Shown piece after piece: positions 62,714 through 64,000 of a DNA stretch of 64,000 nucleotides (positions within the stretch are counted from its first letter, which is position 1; the number at the start of each line of letters is the position of its first letter). The notes under the pieces were generated by a model. The model searched no databases and had not been told where the DNA came from. It worked only from the letters and a program-made list of their open reading frames with translations. A program made the position numbers and the translations under genes. This stretch comes from Paecilomyces variotii (taxonomy: Eukaryota): assembly GCA_004022145.1 (NCBI GenBank), contig RCNU01000006.1; one strand, given 5' to 3'.

Positions 62714-63790
62714 ATGAAACCTGTCTCTCTTTTGCGCCTGTGCCCATCTCTGCCGCCAATTGCCAGACGAGCTCCTAGATTCCCAAATACATTTGTCCGC
62801 CGCATCGCAATGGCGTCTACAAACAGCGTCGCCGTTGATTCTAGGCCTGTCTTCTTTTTCGACATTGATAATTGTGTATGTGAGGCAATGTACACACTTC
62901 CTTGTATTATTTCTGTTGCATGCTCTCGCATACTAACTGCGGCTTCATCCAGCTGTACTCGAGAAGTAATTCGACCCGATAATGACATGCGCTGATATAC
63001 GCTGACAATGCTATTACAGAATGCAACATCCATGATCTGATGCAGGAACTGATTGGTAAGTTGTGGCATCCAGCCCAATTAAAGGGTCATGCAATACCAT
63101 CTGACACAGCATTCAATCTCTAGACAAGTTCTTCATTGCACATTTGCCTATCAGCGCACAGGATGCCGTGATGCTCCATCAGAAGTACTACAAAGAATAT
63201 GGTCTGGCGATAGAAGGCCTTACTAAACACCACAAGATCGACCCTCTCGAATTCAACAAGGAGGTGGATGACGCGCTCCCTCTAGATGACATCCTCAAGC
63301 CGGACCCGAAGCTACGGAAACTGCTCGAGGACATGGACAAGTCGAAAGTGAAGATGTGGCTTTTGACAAACGCATATGTCAACCATGCAAAGAGAGTAGT
63401 CAAGTTGCTGGGGGTTGAAGACCTCTTTGAGGGAGTCACGTATTGTGATTATGGAAGCCAACCACTGATCTGTAAACCGAATCAGAAGATGTATGAAAAG
63501 GCGGAGCAGGATGCGGGTGCTCCTAGTACTGAACAGTGCTACTTTGTTGGTGCGTATTTCGTCAGATCCGTTCTTATCTGCGAGGGAAATGCTAATGGCG
63601 ACCGGTAGATGACTCCGCTTTGAACTGCGAGCATTCGCAGGCCAGAGGATGGACGACGGTTCACCTCGTCGAGCCGGGTTTCGCTCTGCCGGAGGTTCCG
63701 CCGTCGAAGTACACAGTAAGGAGTCTAGAGGAACTTCGGGGCTTGTTTCCTCAGTTTTTCAAATCCAACGACGAGAAATCTACATCGTAA
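62714..63790 (+). CDS. SDT1: HAD-family pyrimidine 5'-nucleotidase (Sdt1/Phm8-like)
   Basis: FFFDIDNC|LYSR|KCNIHDLM, YYKEYGLAIEGL, VDDALPLD, WLLTNAY, CKP, CYFV|DDSALN. Four introns. ATG 62714 or downstream in-frame ATG 62810; stop TAA 63788-63790. Confidence 0.9.
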
Positions 63791-64000
63791 CAGAGAGCGG
63801 GAGACACTAGAATACCCGGAGATTGGTGCTTTTCTAGAATGCATGTACATAGATATCCCTAGATATAGATGGGACGTAATAGACAACAGCACACGAGGAA
63901 TGAATAGGAAAGAAAATCAGCAGTGAATTTCGACGATCAAAGCGTATACGAGCTCCATGAAGGGAGCACTGTCGGCCTCCGAGGGAATCTCGTTTCTGCT

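Noticed and set aside
62714-63790. SDT1-like HAD enzyme as the missing phosphatase of the terpene cluster
   Set aside because: About 50 kb away, in housekeeping context, with pyrimidine-nucleotidase signatures.
1-64000. CRISPR arrays, tRNA/rRNA genes, intact transposons
   Set aside because: No regularly spaced repeats, cloverleaf or transposase/RT ORF recognised by eye; tRNAscan-SE, Infernal and RepeatMasker would be needed to exclude them formally.

Overview
Intron-containing DNA from a filamentous ascomycete; protein sequences, short GT-AG introns with CTAAC/CTGAC branch points and gene content point to Eurotiales (Aspergillus/Paecilomyces-like, inferred). About 17 protein-coding genes were reconstructed. 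The backbone is housekeeping: Rad5/16-like SNF2 helicase, type II PI 4-kinase (LSB6), GATA factor areB, MCH1-like MFS transporter, TMS1/SERINC, PMS1, BLOC-1 subunit 1, the head-to-head myosin-motor chitin synthases csmB/csmA, a multi-KH protein, an uncharacterised Arg/Pro-rich protein and an SDT1-like nucleotidase. The highlight is an ~11 kb block (4479-15253) that the ORF track fragments because of introns. It encodes an SDR, a HAD-like class II terpene cyclase (DDLDTT motif on an exon absent from the ORF track; HAD metal motif altered to DNKTE), a divergent class I terpene synthase (DDAQQE / NDLASFEKE / RY), a cytochrome P450 and a LaeA-like SAM methyltransferase. My hypothesis is a split class II -> class I relay acting on a sesquiterpene (FPP -> drimenyl-type diphosphate -> class I ionisation), untested here. 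No rRNA, tRNA, CRISPR array or intact mobile element was recognised.
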